A stretch of DNA of 64,000 nt from Minisyncoccota bacterium (GCA_018062445.1 JAGOSG010000001.1:122426-186425); one strand, 5' to 3'; shown: positions 10,024 to 20,264, counted from the stretch's first letter. Numbers and translations are program-made. Notes: a model not told the origin generated them from the sequence alone.

Positions 10024-10887
10024 ATGGCACAGAAAAGTAAATTACGAATAGTATTTTTTGGAACTCCCTCTTTTTCAACATTTGTACTTAATGAACTTGA
10101 GAGTGCTGGAATACTCCCTGCACTCATTGTGACTGTTCCAGATAAACCAGCCGATAGAGGACTCCTTATGAAAGCGTCCCCAGTAAAAGTGTGGGGCGAA
10201 GAAAGAAGCATTGATGTGCTTCAACCTGAACGTTTAGATTTTTCAGATCCTGCCGCGGACATTATTTTAAACAGTGAGTGGGACATATTTATTGTTGCGG
10301 GATATGGAAAACTCCTTCCATCTGCACTTCTCGCGATTCCAAAGTATGGAACCTTAAACGTGCATCCATCACTATTGCCAAAGTTTCGTGGCCCGTCCCC
10401 TATTGAAAGCCAAATACTGACTGACGCAAAGGAAATAGGTGTGTCCATTATTCTTCTTGATGAAGAAACCGACCACGGCCCAATACTTGCACAAGCTTCT
10501 ATTACCCCAGAACCATGGCCGTTTAGGAGAAACATGGTTGAAGATTTGCTGTGGCACGAAGGTGGAAAGCTTCTTGCGGAATCTATTCCACTCGTTGTCG
10601 ACGGTTCACTCAAGGCAGAGGCACAAAACCATACAGAAGCTACCTTCACTCCTAAACTAAAAAAAGAAGATGGACTCATTGACCTCACTGGTGATGCCTA
10701 CCAAAACTACCTTAAGTTCTGCGCATACGAAGGTTGGCCAGGCACATATTTTTTTGTGACACGCAATGGAAAAGAAGCACGGATAAAAATTATAGATGCA
10801 AAATATGAAGCTGGTGCATTCACACCCACTCGCATCATCCCTGAAGGAAAAAAAGAAATGGACTACGCAGACTTTCTACGTTCATAA
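10024..10887 (+). CDS. fmt: methionyl-tRNA formyltransferase
   Basis: IVFFGTPSFS...LNVHPSLLPKFRGPSPIESQIL formyltransferase core. Adjacent to def, the classical def-fmt pair. Confidence 0.85.
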   Translation: MAQKSKLRIVFFGTPSFSTFVLNELESAGILPALIVTVPDKPADRGLLMKASPVKVWGEERSIDVLQPERLDFSDPAADIILNSEWDIFIVAGYGKLLPSALLAIPKYGTLNVHPSLLPKFRGPSPIESQILTDAKEIGVSIILLDEETDHGPILAQASITPEPWPFRRNMVEDLLWHEGGKLLAESIPLVVDGSLKAEAQNHTEATFTPKLKKEDGLIDLTGDAYQNYLKFCAYEGWPGTYFFVTRNGKEARIKIIDAKYEAGAFTPTRIIPEGKKEMDYADFLRS

Positions 10888-10922
10888 TTTCAGCTACCTT
10901 TCATGTTCTGAAACTAAAACCC

Positions 10923-10964
10923 CTGTATAGTATAATTTAACGACCGTTAAATTATACTATACAG
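10923..10964. repeat. 42-bp hairpin palindrome CTGTATAGTATAATTTAACG-AC-CGTTAAATTATACTATACAG (copy 1 of 3); likely bidirectional terminator between convergent fmt and minus-strand small ORFs
   Basis: Perfect 20-bp arms with a 2-nt centre; followed by ACTTTTTT on the + strand. Confidence 0.6.
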
Positions 10965-11130
10965 ACTTTTTTCGATGTTTACCGCCTTGAGGATGATAGG
11001 AGCTTCCTTGGCGTCGTACCAATGCTATGAAAAGCGTGGCTATTTTGTCTGCAACTTCTGGTTCAAGGCTTGGATCAAATGGATTGAGCGTAGTTGGACT
11101 GAGTACTTCCTCTTTCTTTCCCTCTCCCAT
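10957..11130 (-). CDS. hypothetical small protein (about 57 aa, MGEGKKEEVLSPTTLNPFDPSLEPEVADKIATLF...), not in ORF track
   Basis: Hand translation of the reverse strand; stop codon lies inside the palindrome. Coordinates approximate. Confidence 0.3.
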   Translation of the reverse strand: MGEGKKEEVLSPTTLNPFDPSLEPEVADKIATLFIALVRRQGSSYHPQGGKHRKKSV

Positions 11131-11144
11131 ATTTTTGTTATATA

Positions 11145-11312
11145 AAAATCAAACTACTTGTCTGTGATCAAGATTTCAAATTCTGTTGCACTCACCTCAT
11201 GTATTCGTGCTTTTTGACCTGGATGGAGGTGTAATCTTTTTTTAATTTCTACAGCCTTGTCGGCCGTATCAGTCGTGATGTAGTGCCATTCTGTACTTGC
11301 GGGATTTCCTTC
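11145..11312 (-). CDS. hypothetical small protein (about 55 aa, MSNEGNPASTEWHYITTDTADKAVEIKKRLHLHPGQKARIHEV...), not in ORF track
   Basis: Hand translation of the reverse strand. Coordinates approximate. Confidence 0.3.
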
Positions 11313-11399
11313 GTTAGACATATTTTGTAGTGTTAGCCTTTAATAAAATATTATACCTTGACTAAGATGAGTGTCAAACAGTCAGTTTTAATATATATC

Positions 11400-12725
11400 T
11401 TAGCTAAGATATTCTCTAGTGAGATTTCGAATACCATTTTCTGTCACCAACACATCATCCTCTATGCGCACTCCACCGTAAGGCGCGAGGCGGTCAATAA
11501 GCTCCCAGTTGAAGTGTTTTGCAGTATCACCGCTTCTATGTGGACGAAGCAACATTTCAATGAAATACACACCTGGCTCTATGGTAAACACCTGCCCTAC
11601 TTCCACAACTCCCTTCGTTCGCAAATTTTTCGTATCTGGCGTATCTTTTGAATCTCTCTTTACTCCCCCAACATCATGCACTTGGAGTCCGAGCATATGT
11701 CCTACACCATGCGGAAAAAAGACTTTAGTTAGCCCGAGTTCGGAAGCTTCTTTCCCGTCAATTTTAAAAATACCGAACGAAAAAAGTAAGTCTCCAATTT
11801 TGAGGTGTGTTTCTTTTTGTAAGTCAGCAAAAGAAAGTCCTGGTTTTACGAGACCGCAAAGTTCCTGTTGTATTTTTTCAACTCCAGCAAGAAGTTCAAC
11901 AAAAAGAGGGTCGGCATCGGGTGCCACATATGTGCGCGTTATGTCTGATGCATAACCCAGATATCTTGCACCTGCATCCAGTAAAAGCGACTTGCCACTT
12001 TTTGGTTCTTTTCGTTTTCCTTGGTAGTGGAGAATTGAACCTTTTTCATTAAGAGCCACAATAGTTTCATAGGGCAACTCATACTCCACACCTCCCACTG
12101 CTTTCATATACGCCTGATGAATTTCAAGCTCTGATGCACCACCAAGAAATACCTCATGAGCACTCTTGTGTCCCTCCGACGCAATCCTATTCGCCTCGCT
12201 AATACAAGCAATCTCATATGGGGTTTTATAGCTCCTCTCCGTATCCAAGCGAGCAATAAGTTCGTCTGGGTTTATCGCTTTTTCATCAACCCCGTGCGCC
12301 TTCGCTTCAGCTGGATTATCCCCCATATACAGAAAACTTTTTATGTTCGATTTCGTAAGTCGAACATTTAGTTCTTTCCATGCGGAGTCAGGAGAAAATA
12401 CTTCAATGAACTCGAAATCGGAAAGCCAAAAAGGACTCCCAAGAGAAGCTTGCTCATGCCAATAATCATCAGGCTTAACACGAACCAAAAGAGGTTTAGT
12501 CCCTTTTTGAATTAAAAGAAAACTACCTGCTTCATTTAAAGGTGCGAAGTGTGCAAAATGCGGGTACGCACGAAACGGCGCATCTTGGTCATCGGCATAG
12601 TATCGAAGCGGAGTGCCGGAATAAATAATAAGCGCATCAAATCCTGAAACAGAAAGAATATCTAACACCTTTTGTTTTTGCTCAGTAATGTGAGCAGAAT
12701 AGAGAGAAAGAATCTCGTCTTTCAT
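11400..12725 (-). CDS. pepP: Xaa-Pro aminopeptidase (M24B family)
   Basis: HGVGHMLGLQVHDVGG metal-binding signature plus a creatinase-like N-domain; 441 aa. Confidence 0.8.
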   Translation of the reverse strand: MKDEILSLYSAHITEQKQKVLDILSVSGFDALIIYSGTPLRYYADDQDAPFRAYPHFAHFAPLNEAGSFLLIQKGTKPLLVRVKPDDYWHEQASLGSPFWLSDFEFIEVFSPDSAWKELNVRLTKSNIKSFLYMGDNPAEAKAHGVDEKAINPDELIARLDTERSYKTPYEIACISEANRIASEGHKSAHEVFLGGASELEIHQAYMKAVGGVEYELPYETIVALNEKGSILHYQGKRKEPKSGKSLLLDAGARYLGYASDITRTYVAPDADPLFVELLAGVEKIQQELCGLVKPGLSFADLQKETHLKIGDLLFSFGIFKIDGKEASELGLTKVFFPHGVGHMLGLQVHDVGGVKRDSKDTPDTKNLRTKGVVEVGQVFTIEPGVYFIEMLLRPHRSGDTAKHFNWELIDRLAPYGGVRIEDDVLVTENGIRNLTREYLS

Positions 12726-13093
12726 GAACCTCCAAACCCTCGGAAAAAATCTTTTATTTTTGTAGCACCACGGCGCATGAGCGTGCGCTTACGTCCGAAA
12801 GTTTTTCGGATTTCCCTTCGTGCTTCTTCAACTGCTACTTCAACTGCGTGATGGAGTGTTTCTTCTATCGCTTCCGCACGCACAAAACCACCAGCAAACT
12901 GCAAATTGATTTCAGCACGAAATACATCACCGGTTTTTTGTCCGCGCGTAGTTGTGGCAAGTTCTATATCCGCCATCGTGCTCGTATCTTTAGAATCGAG
13001 AAGATGTTCAATTTTACGCACCTTTTCCGCGACAAACTCACGGAGCTCTTCCGTTAAAACTACTGAACCGGTGGCTTTGAGATTTATGTGCAT
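12722..13093 (-). CDS. hpf: ribosome hibernation-promoting factor / RaiA family
   Basis: 123 aa; HINLKATGSVVLTEELREFVAEKVRKIEHLL... beta-alpha-beta pattern of the YfiA/HPF family. Confidence 0.75.
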   Translation of the reverse strand: MHINLKATGSVVLTEELREFVAEKVRKIEHLLDSKDTSTMADIELATTTRGQKTGDVFRAEINLQFAGGFVRAEAIEETLHHAVEVAVEEARREIRKTFGRKRTLMRRGATKIKDFFRGFGGS

Positions 13094-13102
13094 ACTTCCA
13101 AG

Positions 13103-13348
13103 TTATCTCTTATAAACTAATATCATCTTACTACGGGACTCAGAACCTTTTGTTATCATCACATTTTTCCTTGGCACACTAAAATGCTCTGCGATGAGCT
13201 GACAAACTTTCACATTTGCCCTGTTGGCTTCGGGTGGTTCCTTTACGCTAATTTCAAGCACTCCTTTCTTTCCTTCAGTAATACCGTCACGTTTTGCATT
13301 TGACGTAACACGTACACGAATCACCGTGGGTTCAATAGGACTTCTCAT
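13103..13348 (-). CDS. DUF167 (YggU-like) family protein
   Basis: 81 aa; IRVRVTSNAKRDGI...GVLEISVKEPPEANRANVKVCQLIAEHFSV fits the YggU pattern. Confidence 0.55.
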   Translation of the reverse strand: MRSPIEPTVIRVRVTSNAKRDGITEGKKGVLEISVKEPPEANRANVKVCQLIAEHFSVPRKNVMITKGSESRSKMILVYKR

Positions 13349-13405
13349 AACAATTAGCGCTGATTTTCAACATAGAGCCTTAACTCCATTGTAGCTCTTC
13401 ACTGC

Positions 13406-13437
13406 TAAAAATCGAGTAGTTGCCTACTCGATTTTTA
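13406..13437. terminator. intrinsic terminator hairpin AAAAATCGAGTAG-ttgc-CTACTCGATTTTT
   Basis: Perfect 9-bp stem flanked by an A-run and a T-run. Confidence 0.55.
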
Positions 13438-13458
13438 GATGAAGCACCTTGTGATGTA

Positions 13459-14217
13459 TTACTTCCAGAAATTGAAATGGAAGCGATCCTTGAAAGACTG
13501 TATTCTTTCTTTGAATATTTTTCGACCATTTGTATCCTCTCGAACTATCACAACCTTTGTAGCAGTGAGAACCTTTGTAGTGCTGTCGTAGGTACCTGAA
13601 ACCTTCGCTTGATCAGCCACTTTGATATTTGCGAAAGCAAAAGCAACATCGCCGTTAGTAATTACAGAATTTGTTGCAAGCTTTACAGTAATAAGACCTT
13701 CAACACCCTTGCTATCCAGTACGAATTTCATATTCGCTGTGTCAATACTTTGCACGCTACCGTTAAATGCTCGGGTATTTTCTGCCTGTACAGAACGCGA
13801 CCAATCTTTAACAGACTTAGCGTCTACGGTTAGTCCTGAGGTTCCTGTATTGAGGACTCCTCTGAAACTCACGTAGTCACCAGGGGAAATCGTTGAGAGT
13901 GACGACGATCCATCAGCACGATGCGTAAAGACAGTACTTGCATTTGTACGAACAGTCCACGAGAGTACTGTTGCACCAAACGCAGTCTCTGCACTAATCA
14001 CTGAACCAGATACAGCAGTGACTTTTGCCCCGCGAACAAGCACCGAATTATTATCTTCGATACGAATTTCAAGAGTTGAGCCAACCGCGTGTGGACCTGA
14101 CTTCTTATTACCTTCATTCCCATTTGCCGAAGCAAGAAAAGGGCTAATAAATAAGGAACCGAGCACGAGTAGTGCCACTGGCACTACGAGGGCGAAACGT
14201 TTAGAGATAGTGTACAT
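13459..14217 (-). CDS. hypothetical secreted protein (N-terminal signal peptide)
   Basis: MYTISKRFALVVPVALLVLGSLFISPFLASANG signal-like N-terminus; beta-rich repeats. Confidence 0.45.
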   Translation of the reverse strand: MYTISKRFALVVPVALLVLGSLFISPFLASANGNEGNKKSGPHAVGSTLEIRIEDNNSVLVRGAKVTAVSGSVISAETAFGATVLSWTVRTNASTVFTHRADGSSSLSTISPGDYVSFRGVLNTGTSGLTVDAKSVKDWSRSVQAENTRAFNGSVQSIDTANMKFVLDSKGVEGLITVKLATNSVITNGDVAFAFANIKVADQAKVSGTYDSTTKVLTATKVVIVREDTNGRKIFKERIQSFKDRFHFNFWK

Positions 14218-14335
14218 ATTTTTATGTGTGCACGCATACTGCGTGTCTTTTAGAATTAACGGCCTGTCATTCAGACCTACATACTAAGACGCTCGACCAC
14301 ACAGTCTCTTACTAGAACCCATCTAAAAACCGCCT

Positions 14336-15205
14336 TTAATTGACAGTACCAATCTCTACACTAAGACTCTCTGTTGCTTTTCGTGAAGCTTGCGCAAAAT
14401 CAGCTCCGCTCGATGCAAAGATAATACTTCTTGATGCACTAATCATCATTCCAAAACCCTTGCTGTCTTTTCCCGCCATGACTGTCTTTTGAATATCTCC
14501 ACCTTGCGCCCCAACTCCCGGAATCAAAATGGGCATGTCGCCAATAACGGATCGCACCTCGGCAAGCTCTTCAGGATAGGTTGCACCAACCACTACACTA
14601 CAGTTTTCATTTGCATTCCATGAGCTTGCGATATTTCTTGCTACCACCCTGTAGAGTGGCTCTCCAGAATCAGTAACTTTTAAATTTTGAAATTCTTCTC
14701 CTCCCGAATTTGAAGTTTTCACCAAAACAATAACCCCCTTATCTTTACGATCAAGAAATGGTTGAACTGCTTCTTTTCCTAGATATGGATGGATAGTAAT
14801 AGCATCTGCCCCAAGCTCATCAAAAACGGCCTTTACATAGTAAAGGTTGGTATTACCAATATCAGCTCGCTTTGCATCTAAGATAATTGGAATTTCTGCA
14901 TACGCATCCTTGATGTGTGCCACTGTTCGCGCAAGGGCTCGTGCTCCGGCTTCTCCATGTGCTTCATAAAATGCCACATTTGGCTTATACGCGCACACAA
15001 GATCAGCGGTGGCATCTATAATTTCTCTATTGAAGGTAAAAAGAACCTCTTCAATTGATGAATTTTCTGCCTTGAGAATATCGGGGATTTGTGAAAAATC
15101 GGGATCGAGGCCAACACAGATCATGCCAACCTGCGACCAGCGATTGTGTATTTTTTCTATAAAAGTGGCTTCTTTCATAAGTCTTTTGTAAAAAAGAAGG
15201 TTCAT
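14336..15205 (-). CDS. pyrF: orotidine 5-prime-phosphate decarboxylase (type 2)
   Basis: ICVGLDP ... DAKRADIGNT substrate-binding motifs; 289-aa long-form OMPdecase. Confidence 0.75.
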   Translation of the reverse strand: MNLLFYKRLMKEATFIEKIHNRWSQVGMICVGLDPDFSQIPDILKAENSSIEEVLFTFNREIIDATADLVCAYKPNVAFYEAHGEAGARALARTVAHIKDAYAEIPIILDAKRADIGNTNLYYVKAVFDELGADAITIHPYLGKEAVQPFLDRKDKGVIVLVKTSNSGGEEFQNLKVTDSGEPLYRVVARNIASSWNANENCSVVVGATYPEELAEVRSVIGDMPILIPGVGAQGGDIQKTVMAGKDSKGFGMMISASRSIIFASSGADFAQASRKATESLSVEIGTVN

Positions 15206-15243
15206 TATACGAGTAAGACCGTATACCTTGCGCCCATGATACT

Positions 15244-15444
15244 ATGAATGAGTATAATTATTTAATAAATAAGCACCACACTATGGAGCCAGTTATAGGA
15301 TATTGCGTTAAGTGTAAAGAGAAGCGTGAAATGAAGGACGCTGAGGAGGTCGCTATGGGTAAAACCGGAGACCGCCGTGCCATGAAAGGTACCTGCACCG
15401 TATGTAGTACGGGTATGTACAAGATTCTCGGCAAGGCAAAATAG
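15244..15444 (+). CDS. small zinc-ribbon protein (CxxC...CxxC; DUF5679-like)
   Basis: GYCVKCKEKREMKDAEEVAMGKTGDRRAMKGTCTVCSTGMYKILGKAK. Probable true start is the ATG at 15284. Confidence 0.5.
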   Translation: MNEYNYLINKHHTMEPVIGYCVKCKEKREMKDAEEVAMGKTGDRRAMKGTCTVCSTGMYKILGKAK

Positions 15445-15454
15445 TTTTTAACTC

Positions 15455-15490
15455 AAAAAACACCCGCACCTACAGTGCGGGTGTTTTTTG
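15455..15490. terminator. bidirectional intrinsic terminator AAAAAACACCCGCAC...GTGCGGGTGTTTTTTG
   Basis: GC-rich 9-bp stem with an A-run upstream and a T-run downstream. Confidence 0.65.
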
Positions 15491-16360
15491 TTTATGCTGA
15501 CTCAATAACAACACACCTAAAAACATAGGTACGAATGCAAAAACTTGCCATACGGTTGGGACTGCATTCAAAAGTACATAGGCAAAGATTAACGTAACGA
15601 GAGGCGAAAGACTTGCTAGGGCGTTTGCCTTCGTAACACTAATACGGTGTATACCTTCTATCCAAAGAATTTTGCTAAATCCAAAAAGAAAAATACCGTT
15701 AATCAAAAGAACCCATAAGATTCCGCCATCAAAATTAATACTGAGAGGATTTGTGCCGAAGGCATACGCAAGGCAAAAAACTGCGACAGTTGTAACAACA
15801 CTACGAACAAACATAATGCTTTCACTAGATACTTCCCTCCTTGCCCTTCTTTGTAATAAATTACCAAAGGGTGCAATCAAGGATGCTCCAAGAATAAGAA
15901 GATCCCCTATTTGGAATGCGTGTATATTAGGATAGAGAATTACTCCTGCGGCAAAAATCATTAACACAGCTCCAATAAGATGGACTGGTGGGATATGTTC
16001 TTTTCTAAATAAATGAAAAAAACAGTAACTAAAAAATAATTCCGACAGTGCAATAATGCTTGCGTTCCCTGCGCTCGTATACTGCAAACCAAAAAAGAAA
16101 AGTATGTAGTAAAGGAAACCTAAAACAAATGCGGTAAGAAGTACATCTTTCATTGCGCGAGGATTCCATACATCTGACCACTTTCCACGCACAGTAAGTA
16201 GAACGCCAAACACAACAGATGCCAGAAGAGTACTCCAACCCAAAGACACTAGCGGTGTGAGTGAGGTGAAAGAAAGAATGGTAATAACAGGGAAAGCTCC
16301 CCATAAAACCGCTTCAGAAAGAATGCATAAATCGCCAACGCGTTGAGATCCAAGTTTCAT
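15470..16360 (-). CDS. EamA/DMT-family transporter
   Basis: 296 aa, about 10 predicted TM helices in two EamA-like halves. Confidence 0.7.
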   Translation of the reverse strand: MKLGSQRVGDLCILSEAVLWGAFPVITILSFTSLTPLVSLGWSTLLASVVFGVLLTVRGKWSDVWNPRAMKDVLLTAFVLGFLYYILFFFGLQYTSAGNASIIALSELFFSYCFFHLFRKEHIPPVHLIGAVLMIFAAGVILYPNIHAFQIGDLLILGASLIAPFGNLLQRRARREVSSESIMFVRSVVTTVAVFCLAYAFGTNPLSINFDGGILWVLLINGIFLFGFSKILWIEGIHRISVTKANALASLSPLVTLIFAYVLLNAVPTVWQVFAFVPMFLGVLLLSQHKQKTPAL

Positions 16361-16410
16361 AATCTCACTAGTATATATGGATACAGAAAGAAAATGATAG
16401 GATTAAAAAC

Positions 16411-17124
16411 ATGGAAATAATCAGGAACCTAAACGAGGAGGTATTGAAACAGAAAGCTGGTGCGTACTTCTCTTCCCTACTCATGAAAATGGAGAGCGAG
16501 CCTGCTTTGATTCTTTTTTCGAGTGGCTCTGCCCTTGGAATCCTTATGCATGTCACCGCACCTGAAAACACATCCAACCTTACACTTGGTGTTTTAGATG
16601 AGCGATTTACGAAAGATCCAAAAGAAAATAATTTTGCAACTCTGAAGGAAACAAACTTCTTTAAAAACGCAGTAACAAGAGGCGCGCGTGCCATTGATAC
16701 AAGTATGCGATTTGAAAGAGTCGAGACACTAGCAACCACTATGGAGCAGGCGTGGAGGAAATGGATTGAGGAAAATCCAACAGGACATATACTCGCAACA
16801 TTCGGCATGGGTGTAGATGCCCATACTGCGGGCATTATGCCGTATTCGGAAGATACGGGAATGTTTGAGATACTTTTTGAAGACGAAAGGAGGGCTGTTG
16901 TTGGGTACGATGCTCGTGGAAAAAATCCCATACCACTTCGAGCAACCGTCACACTCCCCTTTCTACGCAAACACATTACGGGAGGAGCGGGCTATATAAC
17001 TGGAGTGAATAAAAAACCAGCCCTTGAACGCACACTAGCCCAGAGTGGGACATACGCGGAAACACCCGCAAGAGTGTTCAGTGATATACCCGCATTCGCT
17101 CTCTTTACAGACATCATGCTCTAA
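16411..17124 (+). CDS. 6-phosphogluconolactonase / glucosamine-6-P isomerase family protein
   Basis: GMGVDAHTAGIMPYS resembles the GxGxDGHTAS(L/I)FP motif of Pgl/NagB. Minus-strand ORF 16368..16976 is its shadow. Confidence 0.5.
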   Translation: MEIIRNLNEEVLKQKAGAYFSSLLMKMESEPALILFSSGSALGILMHVTAPENTSNLTLGVLDERFTKDPKENNFATLKETNFFKNAVTRGARAIDTSMRFERVETLATTMEQAWRKWIEENPTGHILATFGMGVDAHTAGIMPYSEDTGMFEILFEDERRAVVGYDARGKNPIPLRATVTLPFLRKHITGGAGYITGVNKKPALERTLAQSGTYAETPARVFSDIPAFALFTDIML

Positions 17125-17532
17125 AAAATAAGCGTGATATCATTATTTTCATAAAGTGACATATGTGGCTACTTTATTAAAATAATCTATACACCATGGA
17201 TTTCGTACAGTTATTTCAACAGTTTTTTTCTCTCATTGTGCAAATAGTTCAATTTTTTATAAACCTCATCCTGTTCATTCTTTCACTTCTCACGCCTATC
17301 GTGAATGCCATACTTGCCGCATTCCAATAACACAAAACTATGTTTGACCTCTTCGGCATAAGAAAGCGGATGGCTCGCGAACAAGAGCTCTACCTTGAAG
17401 AGCTAGCAACTGTAGAAAATAGCACTACACAAGTGAATGAAAAGACGGACACCCAGTGGTCTACGGTAAATCAGCTCGACGGACTAAAATAGATTTTAGA
17501 AAAAAACTTTTTAAAAAATCTCCTGACGGAGT

Positions 17533-17907
17533 TTATATTTTGTGTATTCGTGATTCAAGAATCTGCACATCAATACTGTATGGCTTTCTAAATGTAATTA
17601 GGTGATATAAAAAATAAGGCACCATGTCTAAAAAGAAGTGAGGAACAGCCATAACAAAAAATTTATTAAGGTTCCCAAAATCATAGTGAACCTCAACTAA
17701 GGAACCTGATTTTATTGCGTGAATGTGTCTAAATGTCCCTGGTGTTCTATAGTTTGTTTTTCTATTGAGTGCGTGAAAAACCTTCACAAAATGTACTTCG
17801 TATTCATCAAAAACTGTAGAATCCACAATCAGTAGCTCTCGATGAAAAATGCGAGATGCCCCTATAGACTTTGTCTTTAACTCTCGATATACATCGGTGG
17901 CATTCAT
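17533..17907 (-). CDS. hypothetical protein
   Basis: ORF only. Confidence 0.35.
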   Translation of the reverse strand: MNATDVYRELKTKSIGASRIFHRELLIVDSTVFDEYEVHFVKVFHALNRKTNYRTPGTFRHIHAIKSGSLVEVHYDFGNLNKFFVMAVPHFFLDMVPYFLYHLITFRKPYSIDVQILESRIHKI

Positions 17908-17975
17908 AGCGGTAGTGTCGATTCTATCACGAATACCAATACTCTAATTCCCCACCCTCTAGTGTAGAGATGCAG

Positions 17976-19124
17976 TTACTGAGATTTATAAGAAGCAACG
18001 ACCAAATTGATTACACTAGTCGGTATGGTCTCTCTCCCTTCAAACCAGCCCCGAGCACGTTGAACGTCTTCCTTTGAAAGGGTTTTTTGAAGCTCATCAA
18101 AGAAGTTACTGGCTTTCCCTGCATGAATATCAGTAAGAATTTTTTCTACACTAGTACCAGCGCGTGACTCCTGCAGCATGCCATCAACCGCAAGCATCGA
18201 AAGTGGGGCGAGCACGTAATGTCCATACTGATAATCGAGGTTCGGAGAACCCGGCGCAACAATCACACTTTGCCTAATTTTCTCAAAGGCTTTTTGATTA
18301 TTAAAAGGCGCTTCTTTTATAAGTGAAAAGTTTTGAGTTCTAAGCGCCGTATGAACACCATAGAGATACACAATACGTCCTGATCGCTCTGCAGAAGTAG
18401 TAAATGCTGTTTCTGCCCAAGTAGCCTCAACCTCCTGCCAATCTTCTTCTGTAAAGGGCGACTGTAACTTTTGATAAGGTAGTGCGCCATTCTGATGCCT
18501 GTTGTAAAGGTGCATTACTGCGTGAATGAAGAGTTCCTCTCCGCGAAGACTATCTGATGTGCGCACGAAAGCACTAACTCTTGCGCTTGGGTCTGGATAC
18601 ACATGTGTAGCATCTTCGTCTGCATTTCCAGCAAGGCCTGCAGTAATAAGAACCACATGCGGAACCCGTTGTTCTTTAGGAATATCATTAAACAATTTCC
18701 CTGTGCGATTGAATGCATTTTCAATAATGGCAACATACCGTTGTATCGAATTTTCTGTTGTGGTTACGGGATATAAAATATCTACCCTATATATGCTGTG
18801 TTTCGGCTGAATACTCTGTAGTGTGAATGCATCGGAGCGAATAAGAACGCCCGTCAAGTTTGTCTCAAATTTCGCCCATCCAACGCCAGTCTCTATGGCA
18901 CCAACAGCTTCCCAACCTTGTGGCACACACACAGGTCGGTTTTTGTGGTCAAAACTTTTGAGTATGTCGCCAGACCAGATGCGATACCCTTGTGAGCCTG
19001 CAATAGGTTTCAGATAATCAGGAACTTTGTAACATTCCCCTCTAAGAATAGGTATGAAATAAACAGTTACTGCCAATAATGCCGAGAGAGCAAGCACGCC
19101 GATGGCTATCAATACTTTCTTCAT
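17976..19124 (-). CDS. hypothetical secreted/membrane-anchored protein
   Basis: MKKVLIAIGVLALSALLAVTVYFIP N-terminal anchor; 382 aa; no family recognised. Confidence 0.45.
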   Translation of the reverse strand: MKKVLIAIGVLALSALLAVTVYFIPILRGECYKVPDYLKPIAGSQGYRIWSGDILKSFDHKNRPVCVPQGWEAVGAIETGVGWAKFETNLTGVLIRSDAFTLQSIQPKHSIYRVDILYPVTTTENSIQRYVAIIENAFNRTGKLFNDIPKEQRVPHVVLITAGLAGNADEDATHVYPDPSARVSAFVRTSDSLRGEELFIHAVMHLYNRHQNGALPYQKLQSPFTEEDWQEVEATWAETAFTTSAERSGRIVYLYGVHTALRTQNFSLIKEAPFNNQKAFEKIRQSVIVAPGSPNLDYQYGHYVLAPLSMLAVDGMLQESRAGTSVEKILTDIHAGKASNFFDELQKTLSKEDVQRARGWFEGRETIPTSVINLVVASYKSQ

Positions 19125-19131
19125 ACAAAAA

Positions 19132-19236
19132 GTATACCCCGTGAGATATGAAATTTATACTTTGGTCAAAATTATTTTCTTCTGCGAGGATCCAGCACAC
19201 ATCGTACGTAGTGCCTTGCTATCTCATGGGGTATAC
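19132..19236. repeat. about 105-bp element with 16-bp terminal inverted repeats GTATACCCCGTGAGAT / ATCTCATGGGGTATAC (copy 1), directly upstream of the start codon of 17976..19124
   Basis: Seen directly; same arms as 36974..37079, interior unrelated. Confidence 0.6.
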
Positions 19237-19243
19237 CTCGTGA

Positions 19244-19259
19244 GGTACAGGTCTGTACC
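19244..19259. repeat. 16-bp palindrome GGTACAG-GT-CTGTACC
   Basis: Seen directly, adjacent to the element above. Confidence 0.5.
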
Positions 19260-19284
19260 ATTACCCCCGAAAGGATAGAAAAAT

Positions 19285-19330
19285 AGCTGTATAGTATAAA
19301 GTAACGACCGTTACTTTATACTATACAGCT
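19285..19330. repeat. 46-bp hairpin palindrome AGCTGTATAGTATAAAGTAACG-AC-CGTTACTTTATACTATACAGCT (copy 2 of 3)
   Basis: Perfect arms; arm-internal differences from copy 1 are compensatory. Confidence 0.6.
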
Positions 19331-19383
19331 CTAAATACTCATGATACAGGAGGTGCCTCTTACTCTTTTGCTTGTTTCTCTAT

Positions 19384-19905
19384 TTAAGCCTCACCCTGGG
19401 CTAACATGGTGAGTGTACGGGTGCGGTCGTGGTCAAGCTCAACTAAAAGAATCTGTTGCCACACTCCCCTAATCACCTGCCCCCGCTCAATAATAAGCGT
19501 TAGGTAGCTTGGGATGATTAACCCTTGGGCATGGGCATGCCCATTAACGCACTCTTGGCTCACCCCATTCTCGTCAGGTACACACAGATGCGTGTGGCGC
19601 TTCCCTTCAGGATTATTTACATCACGAATATCATTGTGGCCATACGTTTCAGCAGGATGTGCAAAGCGGTCAAGAACTCTTTGCAAATCGGGTATATACC
19701 CAAGGGTTGAGGATGGCCCAATTAAATTTGGTTCGTCCTCATTCACCCATAAACCACAAGTCGTATGGTGTGTCTGAAGTGCAAGTGTGCCTGTCTCTAC
19801 TCCTGAATCTGCAACAAATAAATCAACTTCGGGAGTAATGTTAATAAATTCCAAACGATGCTTCGTTTGATAGGTTAGAGTTTTCGTGACAGCTTTATAG
19901 GACAT
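19384..19905 (-). CDS. yjbQ: YjbQ-family (UPF0047) secondary thiamine-phosphate synthase-like protein
   Basis: ITPEV...TGTLALQTHHTTCGLWVNEDEPNL matches the YjbQ signature. Confidence 0.7.
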   Translation of the reverse strand: MSYKAVTKTLTYQTKHRLEFINITPEVDLFVADSGVETGTLALQTHHTTCGLWVNEDEPNLIGPSSTLGYIPDLQRVLDRFAHPAETYGHNDIRDVNNPEGKRHTHLCVPDENGVSQECVNGHAHAQGLIIPSYLTLIIERGQVIRGVWQQILLVELDHDRTRTLTMLAQGEA

Positions 19906-19967
19906 ATGTATTACACACTAAACCACACCAAATCTCTTTTGGTTTCAATTCATTAAGGAATTTAAGA

Positions 19968-20228
19968 ATGTATAATTCATCTATGCACTGGCAAGATATT
20001 GTTCTCTCGGTTGGTCAATACATATTTGTCATTGCCTTACTCCCTTCCGTGTTGGGAAAAGATAAACCTGCTCTTTCTTCGAGCCTGCTCACGGGCACCG
20101 TGCTTGGAGTTTTTACTGCTGTTTACGCAACCCTCGGTCTATGGAGTTCTACAATTGCCTCAACCTTAGTTACGGCAACATGGTTTTTACTCGCATGGCA
20201 ACAGTACAGAAAAAAAATGAAGAAATAA
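19968..20228 (+). CDS. hypothetical small membrane protein (2 TM)
   Basis: ORF only; hydrophobic. Confidence 0.35.
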   Translation: MYNSSMHWQDIVLSVGQYIFVIALLPSVLGKDKPALSSSLLTGTVLGVFTAVYATLGLWSSTIASTLVTATWFLLAWQQYRKKMKK

Positions 20229-20264
20229 GTTATTACTCCACTCAGCGCACAGTGATTTAAGCAT

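Noticed and set aside
10923-10964. E. coli-type LexA box (CTGT-N8-ACAG) inside the long palindromes
   Set aside because: The arms begin with CTGTATAG and end with CTATACAG but are 34 nt apart, not 8. The genuine LexA box here is the Cheo type at 37984.
16368-16976. 202-aa minus-strand ORF
   Set aside because: Overlaps the better-supported + strand Pgl/NagB-like gene almost entirely; likely a shadow ORF.
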